From the NCBI GenBank assembly GCA_030609135.1, contig JAUWCU010000003.1:55-64054 (forward strand): a stretch of 64,000 nucleotides of DNA, read 5' to 3'. A model generated the notes under the pieces. That model saw only the letters and a program-made list of their open reading frames with translations, did no database searches and had not been told where the DNA came from. Position 1 is the first letter of the stretch. Every line of letters starts with the position of its first letter. Positions 1 to 11,748 of this stretch are shown here, piece by piece. Source of the stretch: Candidatus Stahliibacteriota bacterium. Lineage in GTDB: Bacteria; Hydrothermota; Tepidihabitantia; SM23-42. A program made the position numbers and the translations under genes.

Positions 1-2372
1 GTAGCCGTATACGGGAACCCCGAATGATATGAGATTATGAAATCTGTGGAAAAATCCCTTAGTGGACTGAGATAGAAATCATCAGGGAGCATAATTCCAA
101 CGCTTGAATTTACAATGTGTCGTTCATCAAAATCCAACCAGTAATCAATCCGTGGTAAGGCGTATTCACCAGATATTGGATCCGGACCTCCAACATAAAC
201 ATCATAATAATGCTGCCAGGCATAAGAAGCAGTACCTTTGGCAAATTGCAATGTATAGGACAAATCAAAACGCCAGTAATCCAACATCTTTTTCTTGATA
301 GTAAATTCAATACCTTTTACATTACCGTAGTCAACATTCGTAACCTGATAATAAGGATAAGGCTGGGACAGTACCCTACGTGTTTGAATGAGGTCGTAGA
401 TATCTTTGTAATAAGCAACAAAACCAAAGGCAAAAGCATCAGATATTTGATTCTCATAACCCAATTCATAGGCAATTGTTTTTTCAACTGTAAGGTCAGG
501 ATTGCCAAGGACTGAGTTATATCTATGGAGAAGTAACCAGACAACGACCGGATTGGTTGAACGATAGAGGTTGTGTGCTGTGGGGGTTTGAAAGAAATGC
601 CCATAATTGAACCGTAACTTTGATCTCTCGGTAATAGGCATTGAAAATCCGAGACGGGGAGAAAAACGCCATTTAGCTGGGTATTGAACCATGGTTGTGT
701 CATCCATGTCTGAAGGGTTGTTCAAACCACTTGCCTTTGAATCGAAATAGTCGTAGCGAAGACCGATTCGACAAATAATACCTTCAAAATCTACCCTGTC
801 CTGTAAATAGACGGCTATTTTCAAAGGGTTTTTTTCATAAATGTCCCAGAAAGGGATTCTTGCCCAGGGCAGGTTATTGTCAAACCAGCCCACATTTTGA
901 GACATCAGGCTAACCCCGGATTTAACTTCGTGTATTTTAGCGATTGATTTTGTGATAGAAAAAACTCCTTGATAATCACGGTTATATAAATACCTCCAGA
1001 GCCTATTATCGCCTACAGTATAATAAAAACCGGTTGCTCCAAACGGGTTATTTCTTAAACTTGCAGCATTACGCTTACTCCATTCCTCGTAATAATTCAT
1101 CATGGAATCAACAAGATAAAGTTTTATCAAGGAATCATCTTCCATTTCCATTAACAGTTCAGGAAAGTGGTTGGCTTTAAAAATGTAGTCATCATACCAT
1201 TGCCTGTTCGCAGCTGCTTCTGCTTCGAGATCTCTTACTGCGTAAAACCGGATTGATTTTGTGTAACCCAGTTTCGATTCCAAAACAGTATTCTTTGTTA
1301 ACATATAATTAAACGTCACACTGGCGAGATAATTCTTCAGAGTTTCCGCCGTATTACGTTCAAGATTGTATATGAAGCTGAGATTACCCCAGATGTCTTT
1401 GTAGTGTGCGAACTGTTCACGGGAATAGAATCCGGAAAGAGTAACCTTGCCTTTTGCACCGGGCAGACGATAAGATACTTTTCCACCTAACTTGTAATCA
1501 AACCTTTCAGATTGAATTTTATATTTTGCTGCTTCAAACGCATCAGTTATCAGTGCTTCACCCGAGATAAAATATCTAAAACGGGATTTCTCCAATGCTC
1601 CACCCCCGAGGCTTATCTCATAAAGATTGTATCCATAATTTATTTTATCCGAAGCAAAGACCTCGTCGGTAGTATAACGGAATCTGCCACTTGGTTTCGC
1701 AGAGCCTTCACGCGTTATGATGCTAACGATTCCGGATAGAGCTTCACCGTATTCTGCGTCAAAGCCCCCCGTGGTTATTGCAATTTCTTCAACCGCTTGT
1801 TTATTTATTTTCACTGACTGATGACCATAATGCGGTGCTTTAGTGAGTATTCCATCAACATAATAGGCGATTTCTGTATCCCGACCGCCCCGGACATGAA
1901 TTCCTCTTTCACTGGTTGATACACCTGCCTGCAGGGTGATAATTTCGTTAATATCGCTTATCGGCATCATGTCAATATCGTCACCCGTTATGGTCCTCTG
2001 GGTCTGCGTCTGGGTTTTAATAACCAAGGGTCTTTCCGCGTTAACAACTATTGGTTCCATGGTAATTACTGCGGGGCTCAGCGTAAAATTAACAAAAACT
2101 GTCTGGTCGGAAAAAACAATGGTGTTGGATTTCGACACCGTGTTATAACCCAAATAAGACGCGGTTATTGTATGCATACCCACTGGGACAAAAGGTACGA
2201 TGAATTCGCCCTCCAGATCAGTGGCAGCACCCAATTCTGTTTTTTCAATTACGACGTTCACCCCAACTAAGGCTTCGCCATCTTCATCAATTACTTTTCC
2301 TTTTACTTGTCCTGTATTCGATGCTATTACAAAAGAGAAGATTACACAAACCGCGATAAAACATCTCTTCAT
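1..2372 (-). CDS. TonB-dependent outer-membrane receptor (SusC/RagA-like; N-terminal carboxypeptidase-regulatory-like domain), partial. The C-terminus runs off the window start.
   Basis: Manual reverse-strand translation from ATG (complement of 2370-2372) preceded by GGAGG: MKRCFIAVCVIFSFVIASNTGQVKGKVIDEDGEALVGVNVVIEKTELGAATDLEGEFIV... This is a typical CarbopepD_reg-like N-terminus of SusC-type receptors. The open frame continues to position 1, so it has no stop in the window and is absent from the ORF track. Confidence 0.65.
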   Translation of the reverse strand, partial: MKRCFIAVCVIFSFVIASNTGQVKGKVIDEDGEALVGVNVVIEKTELGAATDLEGEFIVPFVPVGMHTITASYLGYNTVSKSNTIVFSDQTVFVNFTLSPAVITMEPIVVNAERPLVIKTQTQTQRTITGDDIDMMPISDINEIITLQAGVSTSERGIHVRGGRDTEIAYYVDGILTKAPHYGHQSVKINKQAVEEIAITTGGFDAEYGEALSGIVSIITREGSAKPSGRFRYTTDEVFASDKINYGYNLYEISLGGGALEKSRFRYFISGEALITDAFEAAKYKIQSERFDYKLGGKVSYRLPGAKGKVTLSGFYSREQFAHYKDIWGNLSFIYNLERNTAETLKNYLASVTFNYMLTKNTVLESKLGYTKSIRFYAVRDLEAEAAANRQWYDDYIFKANHFPELLMEMEDDSLIKLYLVDSMMNYYEEWSKRNAASLRNNPFGATGFYYTVGDNRLWRYLYNRDYQGVFSITKSIAKIHEVKSGVSLMSQNVGWFDNNLPWARIPFWDIYEKNPLKIAVYLQDRVDFEGIICRIGLRYDYFDSKASGLNNPSDMDDTTMVQYPAKWRFSPRLGFSMPITERSKLRFNYGHFFQTPTAHNLYRSTNPVVVWLLLHRYNSVLGNPDLTVEKTIAYELGYENQISDAFAFGFVAYYKDIYDLIQTRRVLSQPYPYYQVTNVDYGNVKGIEFTIKKKMLDYWRFDLSYTLQFAKGTASYAWQHYYDVYVGGPDPISGEYALPRIDYWLDFDERHIVNSSVGIMLPDDFYLSPLRDFSTDFIISYHSGFPYTA

Positions 2373-2532
2373 ACTTACCTCCAATTATAAATATATTAAC
2401 AAAAAATATACTTAAGTCAAGACCCAATAATCAAACGACCGAGAATTAAAAGTAGGGCATTTAAGCCCAGTATATCTCGAAGTTTTGAAGATGTGAGGCT
2501 CAGAACCTCTGAACAGATTGTTTAATAGCTGT

Positions 2533-2700
2533 AGTTGTCCAATTCATTGGACTGCCCGATAAATCCCGCAATCCTATTTATAGAATCTTGATACGAAACG
2601 GGATAAATCCCGCAATTCTATTTATAAAATCTTAATACGAAGCGGGATAAATCATCTGTCTGCCTCAGGCTGAGGCGACTACAATTGATTGAATCATAAG
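2533..2700. repeat. nested hairpin-repeat cluster (GTAG-headed hairpin, two GATAAATCCCGC palindromes, reversed GTAG-headed hairpin)
   Basis: tgtagttgtccaattcattggac. cccgataaatcccgcaatcctatttatagaat...cgggataaatcccgcaattctatttataaaat...gcgggataaat. gcctcaggctgaggcgactaca. Confidence 0.65.
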
Positions 2701-2880
2701 TGATTGGAAGTCACGCTGGCGCTGTGATTGTTAAAAAGGGAGAGGGAAAAAGCCTGCTCTGAACCTTGTGCTGAATATCATTTCAGTATTGTTTCAGAGG
2801 TGAGGGATAAAGATGTGTTCAAGTTTCTGTTATTAGTATTGACATAAGAGAAGCGCTAATTATAATCATTATACGGTCAT

Positions 2881-5451
2881 ATGAATTATCATATTATTTT
2901 AGTGCTTTTCATAAATAATCTTTCATTTATCCCTGGTATTAACGATACAATTACAATACACCAGTGGCAATATCTGGGTCCTTTTTCAATGGGGATGCGT
3001 GAGGGGATCATCGGCGTCGAGGAAAATATTAGACTTCTTGAGGATTTTGAGCCAGATAAAAGGTCGATATATCCAAGTCTTCTCGTGCAGGGCGGCAAAG
3101 TCATGTGGCGAACAATAGAATCTGCTAATGGAATAGTTAAGATCGAATATGAAAATGTCTTATGGGATAGTATTCAGGATTATTATGGTGCTGCCGGAGT
3201 TCTCTGCGGCGCTTATGCCTACGGTGATTTTAGTAGCGGCAGCACAAGGAGAGCATTGGTTATTGCACAAGATGTTTCTTCCTTCATCTTGAACGGCGTG
3301 AAATTCCCGGGTGATCCCTATAGCAATGGATTTTTGCAGGTCCCGGTTGTTCTAAACGAGGGAAAGAACAGAGTAATAGTCAAACTCAGCGGGTTTGGGG
3401 ACCATGAATTCACATTTAAACTCATCCCCGTACCAGGTCCTTTAATGTTGATAACCAAAGATATTACTACACCGGATTTTTTAAGGGGTGAACCGGTATG
3501 TGCCTGGGCAGGGATACCGATTGTCAATGCGACAAATCAGAGACTCTTTGATATTCAACTTAAAATAGAAGGCGTGAACATTAAAACAGACATTCAAACG
3601 GTTGCTAATATAATGCCTTTTTCAGCGGTTAAGATACCATTGAACATCGAATCAGAAGATAAAATAGAGACAGAAGAGGATAGCATTCTGATAACTATAA
3701 CGGCTTCCTTTGACACTTTTTCTACACAAGAAGATTTCTGGATCAAAGTGAAGCATAGAGATGAAGCATATGTTAAGACCTTTGTCTCTAATATAGATAA
3801 TTCATGCCAATACTATGCGATTCTGCCACCAGAAAACTATAATGAAGATTCATCTTATGCCCTCATAATGACTTGTCATGGAGCCAGTGTTAAGGCAAGA
3901 GGTCAGGTGAAAGCCTATACACAGAAGGATTGGGCTTTTGTCGTTGCGCCGACTAATCGCCGCAGGTTTGGTTTTGACTGGCAGGATTGGGGTAGACTCG
4001 ATTTTCTTGAGGTTCTGGAAGATGTTAAGAAGAATTTCAAGATTGATACAAATAGAATCTATCTTACTGGACATTCTATGGGTGGCCATGGTGCCTGGCA
4101 TATCGGCATAACCCATCCAGATATCTTCGCGGCAATGGCACCTTCTGCTGGATGGACCAGCTTTCAACTCTATGTCCCGTGGTTTCTTCAAAAAAGTGAG
4201 CTCTTTGCGCATCCTGATCTGATAAAGTATCGCGATATGGTATTGCGACAAGACAATCCGCTTTTATTCCTGGAAAACGCATATAATCTGCCGATCTATA
4301 TCTTGCAAGGCGGAACTGATGACAATGTGCCTCCAATCCAGGCAAGAATGTTCTGCAAATATCTGACCAATCTTGGCTATGATTATATATACAACGAGCT
4401 TGAGGGCAAAGGTCACTGGTGGAATATAGATTCCACGCCAGGTACTGACTGTGTGGATTTAAAAGAAATGATGGATTTTCTGAAAACCAAGGTGCGCAAC
4501 CCCTACCCTGAACGTATAATCTTCAAAACCTCAGATGTTGACTGTTCAAATAAGGCATACTGGGTGAGGATCGATGAACTTGAAAATCTATACCAGGATG
4601 GGATAATAGATATTTGGAAAACTGGAATGATAGGAGATCACACCGTGTTTTCAGTGGGACCACGCATTGGGTTCTTGGTGAAAACGAGCAACATAAACGG
4701 ATTCACCGTAGTATTAAATGATAAGGTTATTCCTAAAAGCATGCTAGGTGGAAAAATATGGTTTGAAATTAATGGTCAAAAAATTGCCTTCGACTATAAA
4801 GAAATAAGCGAAATTTCCTTCCACAAAAACAATGTGGGATTTGAAATCGTCAAACCGAAAGACCAAGGCTTGAAAAAACAGAAAAGGTTTTATGGACCTA
4901 TAAAAAAGGCATATTTTGAGCCTTTTGTTCTTGTCTATGGCACAACTGGAGATTCGGTTTCGACCGAGAACAACCTTCACCAAGCACGATTACAGTCTTA
5001 TACCTGGTGGTATCGGGCAAATGGATTTGTTGAGATACTGCCTGACACTGAAGTTACCGAAAAAATTATCAAAAACTATAACCTTGTTCTCTTTGGGAAT
5101 CCTGTAACTAACTCCATTCTCAAGTGGATTAGCTACAGATTACCTCTTCATATTGAAGAAGGTAGAGTGATTGTTGATAGAGATACAATAAGGGGGGATC
5201 TCTGTCTTGTAGAAATATATCCCAACCCTCTAAACCCTGAAAAATTCGTATTATTATATTCAGCAACTACAAAACCCGCAGAGAAATTAATCGGTCTATT
5301 TTCCACACTTTATGCAGGTGCCGGTTTACCTGATTTTCTTGTTTATGATAAATCAGCGCTTAAATACGGATGGGGTGGTGTAAACGCAGCCGGTTTTTTT
5401 GACAAAGACTGGAAATTTGATAGTAAATTGAGTTACTACTCAGAACCTTAA
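2881..5451 (+). CDS. secreted alpha/beta-hydrolase fold protein (S9 peptidase/esterase-like)
   Basis: 856-aa ORF with a hydrophobic N-terminus. Nucleophile-elbow motif LTGHSMGGHGAWHIG (GxSxG). Consensus promoter TTGACA-N16-TATAAT directly upstream (about 2841-2868). Confidence 0.55.
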   Translation: MNYHIILVLFINNLSFIPGINDTITIHQWQYLGPFSMGMREGIIGVEENIRLLEDFEPDKRSIYPSLLVQGGKVMWRTIESANGIVKIEYENVLWDSIQDYYGAAGVLCGAYAYGDFSSGSTRRALVIAQDVSSFILNGVKFPGDPYSNGFLQVPVVLNEGKNRVIVKLSGFGDHEFTFKLIPVPGPLMLITKDITTPDFLRGEPVCAWAGIPIVNATNQRLFDIQLKIEGVNIKTDIQTVANIMPFSAVKIPLNIESEDKIETEEDSILITITASFDTFSTQEDFWIKVKHRDEAYVKTFVSNIDNSCQYYAILPPENYNEDSSYALIMTCHGASVKARGQVKAYTQKDWAFVVAPTNRRRFGFDWQDWGRLDFLEVLEDVKKNFKIDTNRIYLTGHSMGGHGAWHIGITHPDIFAAMAPSAGWTSFQLYVPWFLQKSELFAHPDLIKYRDMVLRQDNPLLFLENAYNLPIYILQGGTDDNVPPIQARMFCKYLTNLGYDYIYNELEGKGHWWNIDSTPGTDCVDLKEMMDFLKTKVRNPYPERIIFKTSDVDCSNKAYWVRIDELENLYQDGIIDIWKTGMIGDHTVFSVGPRIGFLVKTSNINGFTVVLNDKVIPKSMLGGKIWFEINGQKIAFDYKEISEISFHKNNVGFEIVKPKDQGLKKQKRFYGPIKKAYFEPFVLVYGTTGDSVSTENNLHQARLQSYTWWYRANGFVEILPDTEVTEKIIKNYNLVLFGNPVTNSILKWISYRLPLHIEEGRVIVDRDTIRGDLCLVEIYPNPLNPEKFVLLYSATTKPAEKLIGLFSTLYAGAGLPDFLVYDKSALKYGWGGVNAAGFFDKDWKFDSKLSYYSEP

Positions 5452-5645
5452 ATAGTTTAATTTGATAGTTCTCCATAGCTTGCTACAGAGTTTCTTCTGT
5501 CATTCCCTGGCTTGACCAGGGAATCCAGGAAAATAAGGAAATACAAAAGACTGGATTCCGCCTCAGGTGCGGAATGACGACATACATTGAGCAGTATTTG
5601 ATTAAACTATTTAATGTTCTCCGTAATATATTGAGGATTGAGCAT

Positions 5646-6902
5646 TTACACCAATTCTATCCCCTTCTGTTCCTTTCTGAAAAATGCAAATATTATTACT
5701 GTCGAAATCAAATAAAGTACGCTTGTCGATAAAAAGGGTATTGTGTAAGAAAAGCGCTCAATGAGAAACCCACCCACACTGGCACTAGCTCCCCACCCTG
5801 CGGTCCAGGCTATGACAAGTAAAGCATTGGTAAAAGCTTGTTCATCGTGTTTGACTTTTTCCATTGCAAAGTTGGTGAATAAAGGCTGGGCCATATTCAT
5901 TAGCGCCGCCCTAACAAGGAATGCTATAATAGCTAAGATAAAATTAGTTGTTAGCCCCAGAACTACTAAAAAGGGTATTGATACTAATTGTGAAACGACA
6001 ACGGTTCTTATCTTTCCAATTCTTTCTGCAATGACCGGCGCAATCAGCAAGCCTGTTATCATTAGTAATTGTTGGCCGCTATAGAGTATGCCGATGTAGC
6101 TGGTTCCGGTCTGGAATACGTTCTTAAAATAAAGATTTAGAAAAGGGATACTTAAACCTGCTCCAATGCCGACGACCAAGCCAGGCAAAAATAATTTTAG
6201 AATAAGTCGCCACGAATGAATTTTCATTTTCTCTACTTTGCCAACAGGTTTTTCTTTAATCATTGAATAGGGTAATAGTGCGATCAACACCAAACAGGCA
6301 AAAATATACAATGTGTATCTGTATGCAAGATAGGGTACAGTACCGGTTTGTTCAATAATACCTGGAAGAAAACCAGCTAAGAGACTACCGATGATACCGG
6401 CAACGAGCATGAGCGCGAACTGCATGCTGAACAGATAAGGTCTTTCTTTTTGGGTGCTATTGCGCATGAAAAATGGTGCGGAGGCAACCCTTGAGAAAAC
6501 CGCAGCTAAACCAGCCATAAACCCACCGGCGATAATCAAATGATATGTTGATACACTTACCTGGATTAGGTAGGAGAATGTTGCAATCGGTGTGGCAATT
6601 AAGAGGATACGTTTTATTGGAACCCTTCTAATCAATACTGAAGCAGGTAATGCCATTATAAGCGTACCCAGCGTTGTTGCAGTTATTATGTTGCCGATTC
6701 GACTTTCCAGAAAGCCCATTTCTTTAAGGTAGAGGTTGAAAAGCAACATAAAACCAGAAAACCCCATACCCATAAAGAATGTCCCGATAAGGAATAATCG
6801 GGCATTTATTGAAAACAAACCTAGGTTATTTAGGTAATTGGAAATACCCCTTACTTTTGCGGAGCTGGTTTTGTTCTTTGGTCGGAACTCTTGGCTCGTC
6901 AA
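5646..6902 (-). CDS. MFS transporter
   Basis: 418 aa with about 12 hydrophobic helices. The MFS-like two-halves organisation is visible in the translation. Confidence 0.7.
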   Translation of the reverse strand: MTSQEFRPKNKTSSAKVRGISNYLNNLGLFSINARLFLIGTFFMGMGFSGFMLLFNLYLKEMGFLESRIGNIITATTLGTLIMALPASVLIRRVPIKRILLIATPIATFSYLIQVSVSTYHLIIAGGFMAGLAAVFSRVASAPFFMRNSTQKERPYLFSMQFALMLVAGIIGSLLAGFLPGIIEQTGTVPYLAYRYTLYIFACLVLIALLPYSMIKEKPVGKVEKMKIHSWRLILKLFLPGLVVGIGAGLSIPFLNLYFKNVFQTGTSYIGILYSGQQLLMITGLLIAPVIAERIGKIRTVVVSQLVSIPFLVVLGLTTNFILAIIAFLVRAALMNMAQPLFTNFAMEKVKHDEQAFTNALLVIAWTAGWGASASVGGFLIERFSYTIPFLSTSVLYLISTVIIFAFFRKEQKGIELV

Positions 6903-7669
6903 AGTTTTTTAATCACTATTTCAGCGACTTTTTTACCCGACAATAGCATGCCGCCAAAAATAGGACCCATCCTTGGTCCACCAAATACGGCATTTGCTGC
7001 CATGCCAGTGACATATAAATTTGGAAAAACCTCCTTGGTATTTTGCATAGTTAATTGTTCAGCAACCTCTGCCCACATGGACTTTTCACCCTCGATTTTT
7101 CCTGAAGGTGTGAGCAGTTTACCGCCACTTTTCCTTTCGACAATATGAGCTATCTCGCACGGGTGACCAGTTGCATCGATCACTATCTTGGACTTGAAAG
7201 ATAATGGGTCAATATGCAGTTTTGCTAATTCAACGCTTGACCAGTTGATTACGACTCCGTTCACGCTATTCTCACGCACGATTACATCTTCTATGGATAG
7301 TAAATTGTAGATTCTCAAACCTGCCTTTATTGCTTTGTCAGTGAGACATGCGGTTGTCTCTAATGAGTTGGCAACGTAGTAGCCGGGCTGGTATTCATGA
7401 TAACCAATGCCGAATTCATCGAGCAAATGTTTTGCTTCATCTTGTACAACGATTCGATTGAACATGATACCGCCGCCTGGTAAACCACCACCAAGCTTGA
7501 GTCCCCGCTCAAAAAGTAGGGTTTTGTACCCTTTTTGCGCTAGATAATACCCGGCACAGAGTCCAGACGGTCCAGCACCACCGATTATGACATCGCTTTC
7601 AACTGAGCTGAGCAATTCCTTGAGATAGGTTTCGATTATCGCTTTTGTAATGACCGTTTCTTCGATCAT
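6899..7669 (-). CDS. thi4: thiazole synthase Thi4 family (ribose-1,5-bisphosphate isomerase-like)
   Basis: 256 aa. FAD/NAD dinucleotide-binding motif [18 protein letters not shown]. Overall Thi4-like length and motif spacing (GGxxFN..., C-terminal GMxxxA). Confidence 0.7.
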   Translation of the reverse strand: MIEETVITKAIIETYLKELLSSVESDVIIGGAGPSGLCAGYYLAQKGYKTLLFERGLKLGGGLPGGGIMFNRIVVQDEAKHLLDEFGIGYHEYQPGYYVANSLETTACLTDKAIKAGLRIYNLLSIEDVIVRENSVNGVVINWSSVELAKLHIDPLSFKSKIVIDATGHPCEIAHIVERKSGGKLLTPSGKIEGEKSMWAEVAEQLTMQNTKEVFPNLYVTGMAANAVFGGPRMGPIFGGMLLSGKKVAEIVIKKL

Positions 7670-8169
7670 TTCAAGACCCCGAACCTTGCTCCTATAGAAA
7701 GTCGGAATGTTACATCAGTGTCGCCGTTATCAGTAATAATCACACCGGGTTCGACAAAAAGATTAGTTGCCCGGCTCCATGGATAGGTTAAACCTAAGCC
7801 GCCGCGGATTGAGAAAAGTGTGACTGAACCACCATTACCTATCATATTAAACCCAAAACCAGCATGTACGTAGGGTTGCGGACCCCGCATCGGGAAATAA
7901 ATAAGTGCATCAAGAGAGTTGCCAAAATTCAAGTAGAATTGTGTGTAATTACCAAAACTGAGTTCTGTAAGACCAAAACGAAAACTTACTGTTTTCAAGG
8001 GGTTGAATATAACATCACAGCCGAGTCCAAAACGCACACTGCCAATATAAAGACTAACCTTTGGTTCAACCTCAACCAATGATCTGTAGCGTTTGGCATC
8101 CGCTGCCACAACAAAGAGCAGTATTGCACCAATGATAAGAATCTTCTTCATACATCCTCCTTTTTTCAT
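7666..8169 (-). CDS. outer-membrane beta-barrel protein (OmpW/porin-like), hypothetical
   Basis: Signal peptide [19 protein letters not shown]. Alternating hydrophobic beta-strand pattern. Terminal aromatic-rich strand. Confidence 0.4.
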   Translation of the reverse strand: MKKGGCMKKILIIGAILLFVVAADAKRYRSLVEVEPKVSLYIGSVRFGLGCDVIFNPLKTVSFRFGLTELSFGNYTQFYLNFGNSLDALIYFPMRGPQPYVHAGFGFNMIGNGGSVTLFSIRGGLGLTYPWSRATNLFVEPGVIITDNGDTDVTFRLSIGARFGVLK

Positions 8170-8222
8170 TATGTAATTCTATATACATTTAGTTAAATTT
8201 CAAGGGTTATTTATCCGCACTT

Positions 8223-8436
8223 TGTAGTTGCTCGATTCATCGAGCATTGCCTGATAAATCAGGGGACTACATTATGCCTGATTCAGCGTGGGCTTGAGCG
8301 TGGAAAGTGTAGTTGCTCGATTTGCCCATACTTTGTAGTTGCCCAATTTATTGGGCTTATGGCCATGTTCATGTCCGATAAATCCCGCAATTCTATTTAT
8401 AGAATTATAATACGAAGCGGGATAAATCGGAGAACT
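8223..8436. repeat. nested hairpin-repeat cluster upstream of the OMP-thi4 unit
   Basis: tgtagttgctcgattcatcgagca. gcctgataaatcagg. tgtagttgcccaatttattgggc. gataaatcccgcaattctatttatagaatt..gcgggataaat. Confidence 0.65.
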
Positions 8437-10987
8437 ACTCAATTTTGGTTTTCAGGAAATCAATTGCTTCTGCGACCTTTTTTGGATCGCCACCGCCGCC
8501 TTCTGCCATATGGGGTCGACCACCACCCCCGCCGCCAAGGATTTTGCTGACATCTTTGATGAGCTTGTTAGCAGGGTATTTTTTTACTAATTCATCGCCG
8601 ACAAATATTAAGAAGTTAATTTTACCCTTTGTCTTCTCATAGAAAAAACCCGCTGCTTTTTTAGATTTTTCTCTTATTAAATCAGCTACCAGACGCATTC
8701 CCTGACCCCCATAATTTTTGAGTTCTTTTGCGACAAAATTGCTTTTTTCCTCCCACATTTTAGCAAGTAGAACCATTGCTTCACTGTGTGTGAGTTGAGC
8801 AAGGGCTTCCTGGAAAGATTTCTCTGTTTCCTTGAATTTCTGTAGCGAATCAGAAATCCAGCTAACCAAATCGACATTCTTCCCGCCGACCAAATTTGTG
8901 ATTTCCTTGAGAATAGTTTCGTTCTTACGCAATTCCTCAAATAGCCTCAAGCCGACAATTGCTTCTACCCTACGTATACCAGCAGCTGCAGCTTCCTGCG
9001 AGATAATTTTGAAGAGACCAATTTGACCGGTATTATCAAGGTGGATCCCTCCACAGAGTTCAATTGAGAAATCATTGATCTTAACCACCCTGACTTTATC
9101 ACCATATTTCTCGCCGAATATCGCCATTGCACCGAGTCGCTTTGCTTCATCCAATGTTGTATTGAATTTTTCAACGGGTATATTGTCCAGGACCTTTTCG
9201 TTTACTGTATTTTCAATGACATTGATTTCATCGTTGCTCAACGGCTTAAAGTGCGAAAAGTCAAAACGGAACCTTCCTGGTTCAACAAATGAACCTTCCT
9301 GGCGGGCATGTTCGCCAAGGGTTTTCCTGAGCGCAGCATGGAGTAGATGGGTTGCCGTATGCGCACGCGCGCTTTCTTTGCGTTTCCTTAAATCTACCTC
9401 AGCAACAACTTTGCCAGGTGTAAACTTACCTTGAGCAAGTTTGCAATGGCATACAATCATGCCCTGGTACCAGTAAGTATCCTGGACTATCAATTTATAG
9501 GTTTTTCCGACAATTTCACCTTGGTCGCCTACTTGACCTCCAGCCTCAGCGTAAAAAGGTGATTCTTTTAATACTATCTCAATGATCTTTTCATGCGCAT
9601 TGAATTTTATTATTTTGGTTTCAACGCTGACTTTATCGTAACCAACGAATGTGCCATTTTCATCGTTTAAGATAGTCCACTCACCCTTGGGAATGAATTT
9701 TGTTTCTGCTTTTGAGATCTCGCGGGCTTGTTCAAGCTTAGCCATGAAGCCTTTTTCATCAACACTAATACCTTTTTCCTTGGCTATTTCCTGAATTAAT
9801 TCAATGGGGAATCCGTATGTGTCATAGAGCTTGAAAGCTTCTTCTCCAGAAATGGAGTTGTGGGTTTTGCTTATTACTTCAAATTGCTGTAATCCTTTTT
9901 CCAACGTGGTTAGAAATCGTTCTTCTTCTGATTTTATAATAAGAGTAATTTCTTCTCTTCTTTCAACTAAATCAGCATATGCAGGTTTATACATATCTAT
10001 AACCCTCGGTACAAACCTGTAGAGAAAAGGGTTGTTTATAGCCAGATTTCGACACAATCGGACAGCCCTACGTAAAATCCTTCGTAGCACATACCCGCGT
10101 TCTTCATTTGAAGGGATAATACCATCACCTATTGCAAAGACTAATGCCCTGACGTGGTCTGCCATCACATTGATAGCTACATCAATTCTTCTATCTTCAC
10201 CATATTTCAAATTCTTGTGTTTAATAATATCCTCAATAATAGGATAAAACAGGTCGGTCTGAAAAACCGAGTCCTTATTTTGCAGGATCGCTGCAAGTCT
10301 TTCAAAACCCATGCCCGTATCCACCCCGCGGTTCTTTAGAGGTAATCTTTCGCCGGCTACGGTCTGGTTAAACTGGGGGAATACCAGATTCCAGATTTCC
10401 GGATACCGGTCGCAGTCGCAGCCCGGTACACAAGTTTTCTTACCGCAGGAATATTTCTCGCCAAGGTCAAAAAATATTTCTGAGCATGGTCCACATGGTC
10501 CAGAATTCCCCGCCGGTCCCCAGAAGTTATCCTCATCACCAAACCTGAAGATTCTTTCTTTTTTCAAACCAATCTTCTTATGCCAGATATCATATGCCTC
10601 ATCATCATCCTTATATACTGAGACAGACAATCTGGTCGGGTCGATTCCCAGTACCTCAAGCAGGTATTCCCATGCCCATAAAATAGCCTCTTCCTTAAAA
10701 TAGTCGCCAAATGAAAAATTGCCCAGCATTTCAAAGAACGTATGGTGGCGTCTGGTCTTTCCCACATTATCTAAATCCGATGTCCTGAAACATTTTTGCA
10801 CACTTGTTGCGCGTTTATACGGCAGGAGCACAGAGCCTGTCCACAAAGGTTTAAACTGCACACAGCCGGCACTTGTGAACAATAGACTCGGGTCATCTTT
10901 CGGAATCAATGACATTGAAGGAACAATAGTATGGTCCTTGTTTTTAAAGAATTCTAAGAAACTCGTGCGCAGTTCGTTACTATTCAT
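8435..10987 (-). CDS. alaS: alanine--tRNA ligase
   Basis: 850 aa. Class II AlaRS catalytic core, editing-domain HxxxH...CGGxH motif (HTATHLLHAALRK..., ELCGGIHL) and C-terminal DHHA1 region are all recognisable. Confidence 0.95.
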   Translation of the reverse strand: MNSNELRTSFLEFFKNKDHTIVPSMSLIPKDDPSLLFTSAGCVQFKPLWTGSVLLPYKRATSVQKCFRTSDLDNVGKTRRHHTFFEMLGNFSFGDYFKEEAILWAWEYLLEVLGIDPTRLSVSVYKDDDEAYDIWHKKIGLKKERIFRFGDEDNFWGPAGNSGPCGPCSEIFFDLGEKYSCGKKTCVPGCDCDRYPEIWNLVFPQFNQTVAGERLPLKNRGVDTGMGFERLAAILQNKDSVFQTDLFYPIIEDIIKHKNLKYGEDRRIDVAINVMADHVRALVFAIGDGIIPSNEERGYVLRRILRRAVRLCRNLAINNPFLYRFVPRVIDMYKPAYADLVERREEITLIIKSEEERFLTTLEKGLQQFEVISKTHNSISGEEAFKLYDTYGFPIELIQEIAKEKGISVDEKGFMAKLEQAREISKAETKFIPKGEWTILNDENGTFVGYDKVSVETKIIKFNAHEKIIEIVLKESPFYAEAGGQVGDQGEIVGKTYKLIVQDTYWYQGMIVCHCKLAQGKFTPGKVVAEVDLRKRKESARAHTATHLLHAALRKTLGEHARQEGSFVEPGRFRFDFSHFKPLSNDEINVIENTVNEKVLDNIPVEKFNTTLDEAKRLGAMAIFGEKYGDKVRVVKINDFSIELCGGIHLDNTGQIGLFKIISQEAAAAGIRRVEAIVGLRLFEELRKNETILKEITNLVGGKNVDLVSWISDSLQKFKETEKSFQEALAQLTHSEAMVLLAKMWEEKSNFVAKELKNYGGQGMRLVADLIREKSKKAAGFFYEKTKGKINFLIFVGDELVKKYPANKLIKDVSKILGGGGGGRPHMAEGGGGDPKKVAEAIDFLKTKIE

Positions 10988-11148
10988 ATATCTATCCCCC
11001 TCTCTTTATCTCTCCCCCTTTGAAGGGGGAGAGAAAGGTGGGGGTTCGTTCGGAATTTACCGGACATTATTGTGATTCCTATGATTGAAAAATTGTCAAG
11101 CCCAGAAGGGCTTTCCCACAATATGTGGGAGCGGGCTGCCCGCGATTA

Positions 11149-11748
11149 TCATTCTTTAATAATTTCATATACAATGCTCGGGGTGAATCCTCGAGTCAGC
11201 AAGCGACGGACAAGTTTCTGGCGTTCTTTAGGATTTTTTATATCTAAATTGCCCGCTTTTTTTTCGATGTAATTTCTTATCAGTTCTCCCTCATCCCTTG
11301 TGTCAAGCAAATTCGTAATGATTTCTCTATCAACACCCCTTCTAGTCAGTTCGCTTAAGATGAAACGATTCCCCTTTGGCTTCAAGTTTGTATAGTCATT
11401 TACAAAAGCCCTGGCAAACCGTTTATCGTCAAGTGTTTTATCAGCGATCAATTCGTCAATCACTTCATCTGCGAGTGAATTGTCAAAACCAATACGCATC
11501 AGTCTATCCCTGAGTTCCTCAACTGATCTTTCACGATAGTGGAGTATTTTGAATGCTCGCTCCATGATTTTGGCTTTATCTGCATGGTGCACAATTTCAT
11601 CAATTTCCCGGTCGGTAATTTCAACACCTTCATACAAACCATACTGGAGAACTATTTCCTTTGGTAATCCAAATCTGAATTCACCGTCGATAAATATGGA
11701 ACAACGTTTCCTATTTTTTTTCTGAGGTTCGATCTTGCTTATCTTCAT
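11149..11748 (-). CDS. recX: recombination regulator RecX
   Basis: 199 aa made of three-helix repeat modules typical of RecX. Sits immediately downstream of recA with a 38-nt overlap. Confidence 0.85.
   Translation of the reverse strand: MKISKIEPQKKNRKRCSIFIDGEFRFGLPKEIVLQYGLYEGVEITDREIDEIVHHADKAKIMERAFKILHYRERSVEELRDRLMRIGFDNSLADEVIDELIADKTLDDKRFARAFVNDYTNLKPKGNRFILSELTRRGVDREIITNLLDTRDEGELIRNYIEKKAGNLDIKNPKERQKLVRRLLTRGFTPSIVYEIIKE

Noticed and set aside
2400-2880. Possible CRISPR array (repeated GATAAATCCCGC… units)
   Set aside because: The units are palindromic, irregularly spaced, interspersed with other repeat families and dispersed around the window. There is no repeat-spacer periodicity and no cas genes.
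5761-6084. 107-aa plus-strand ORF antisense to the MFS transporter (and similar antisense ORFs inside alaS, recA, pstB, phoR)
   Set aside because: These are fully contained within well-supported genes on the opposite strand and have no independent signals. They are by-products of long ORFs.
8170-8434. TPP riboswitch upstream of the OMP-thi4 unit
   Set aside because: Searched the minus-strand leader for the CUGAGA and CCUGAUCUGGAUAAUGCCAGCG cores. Only weak chance resemblance (ctgaatcaggcataatg) that belongs to a gcctgat-aaa-tcaggc hairpin repeat. No riboswitch is supported.
11010-11033. GC-rich hairpin (ctctccccc-tttgaa-gggggagag) as intrinsic terminator of recA-recX
   Set aside because: There is no U-tract on either strand. 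The same hairpin type recurs at 25600-25640 and inside pdp, so it is better explained as a member of a repeat family. It may still pause transcription.
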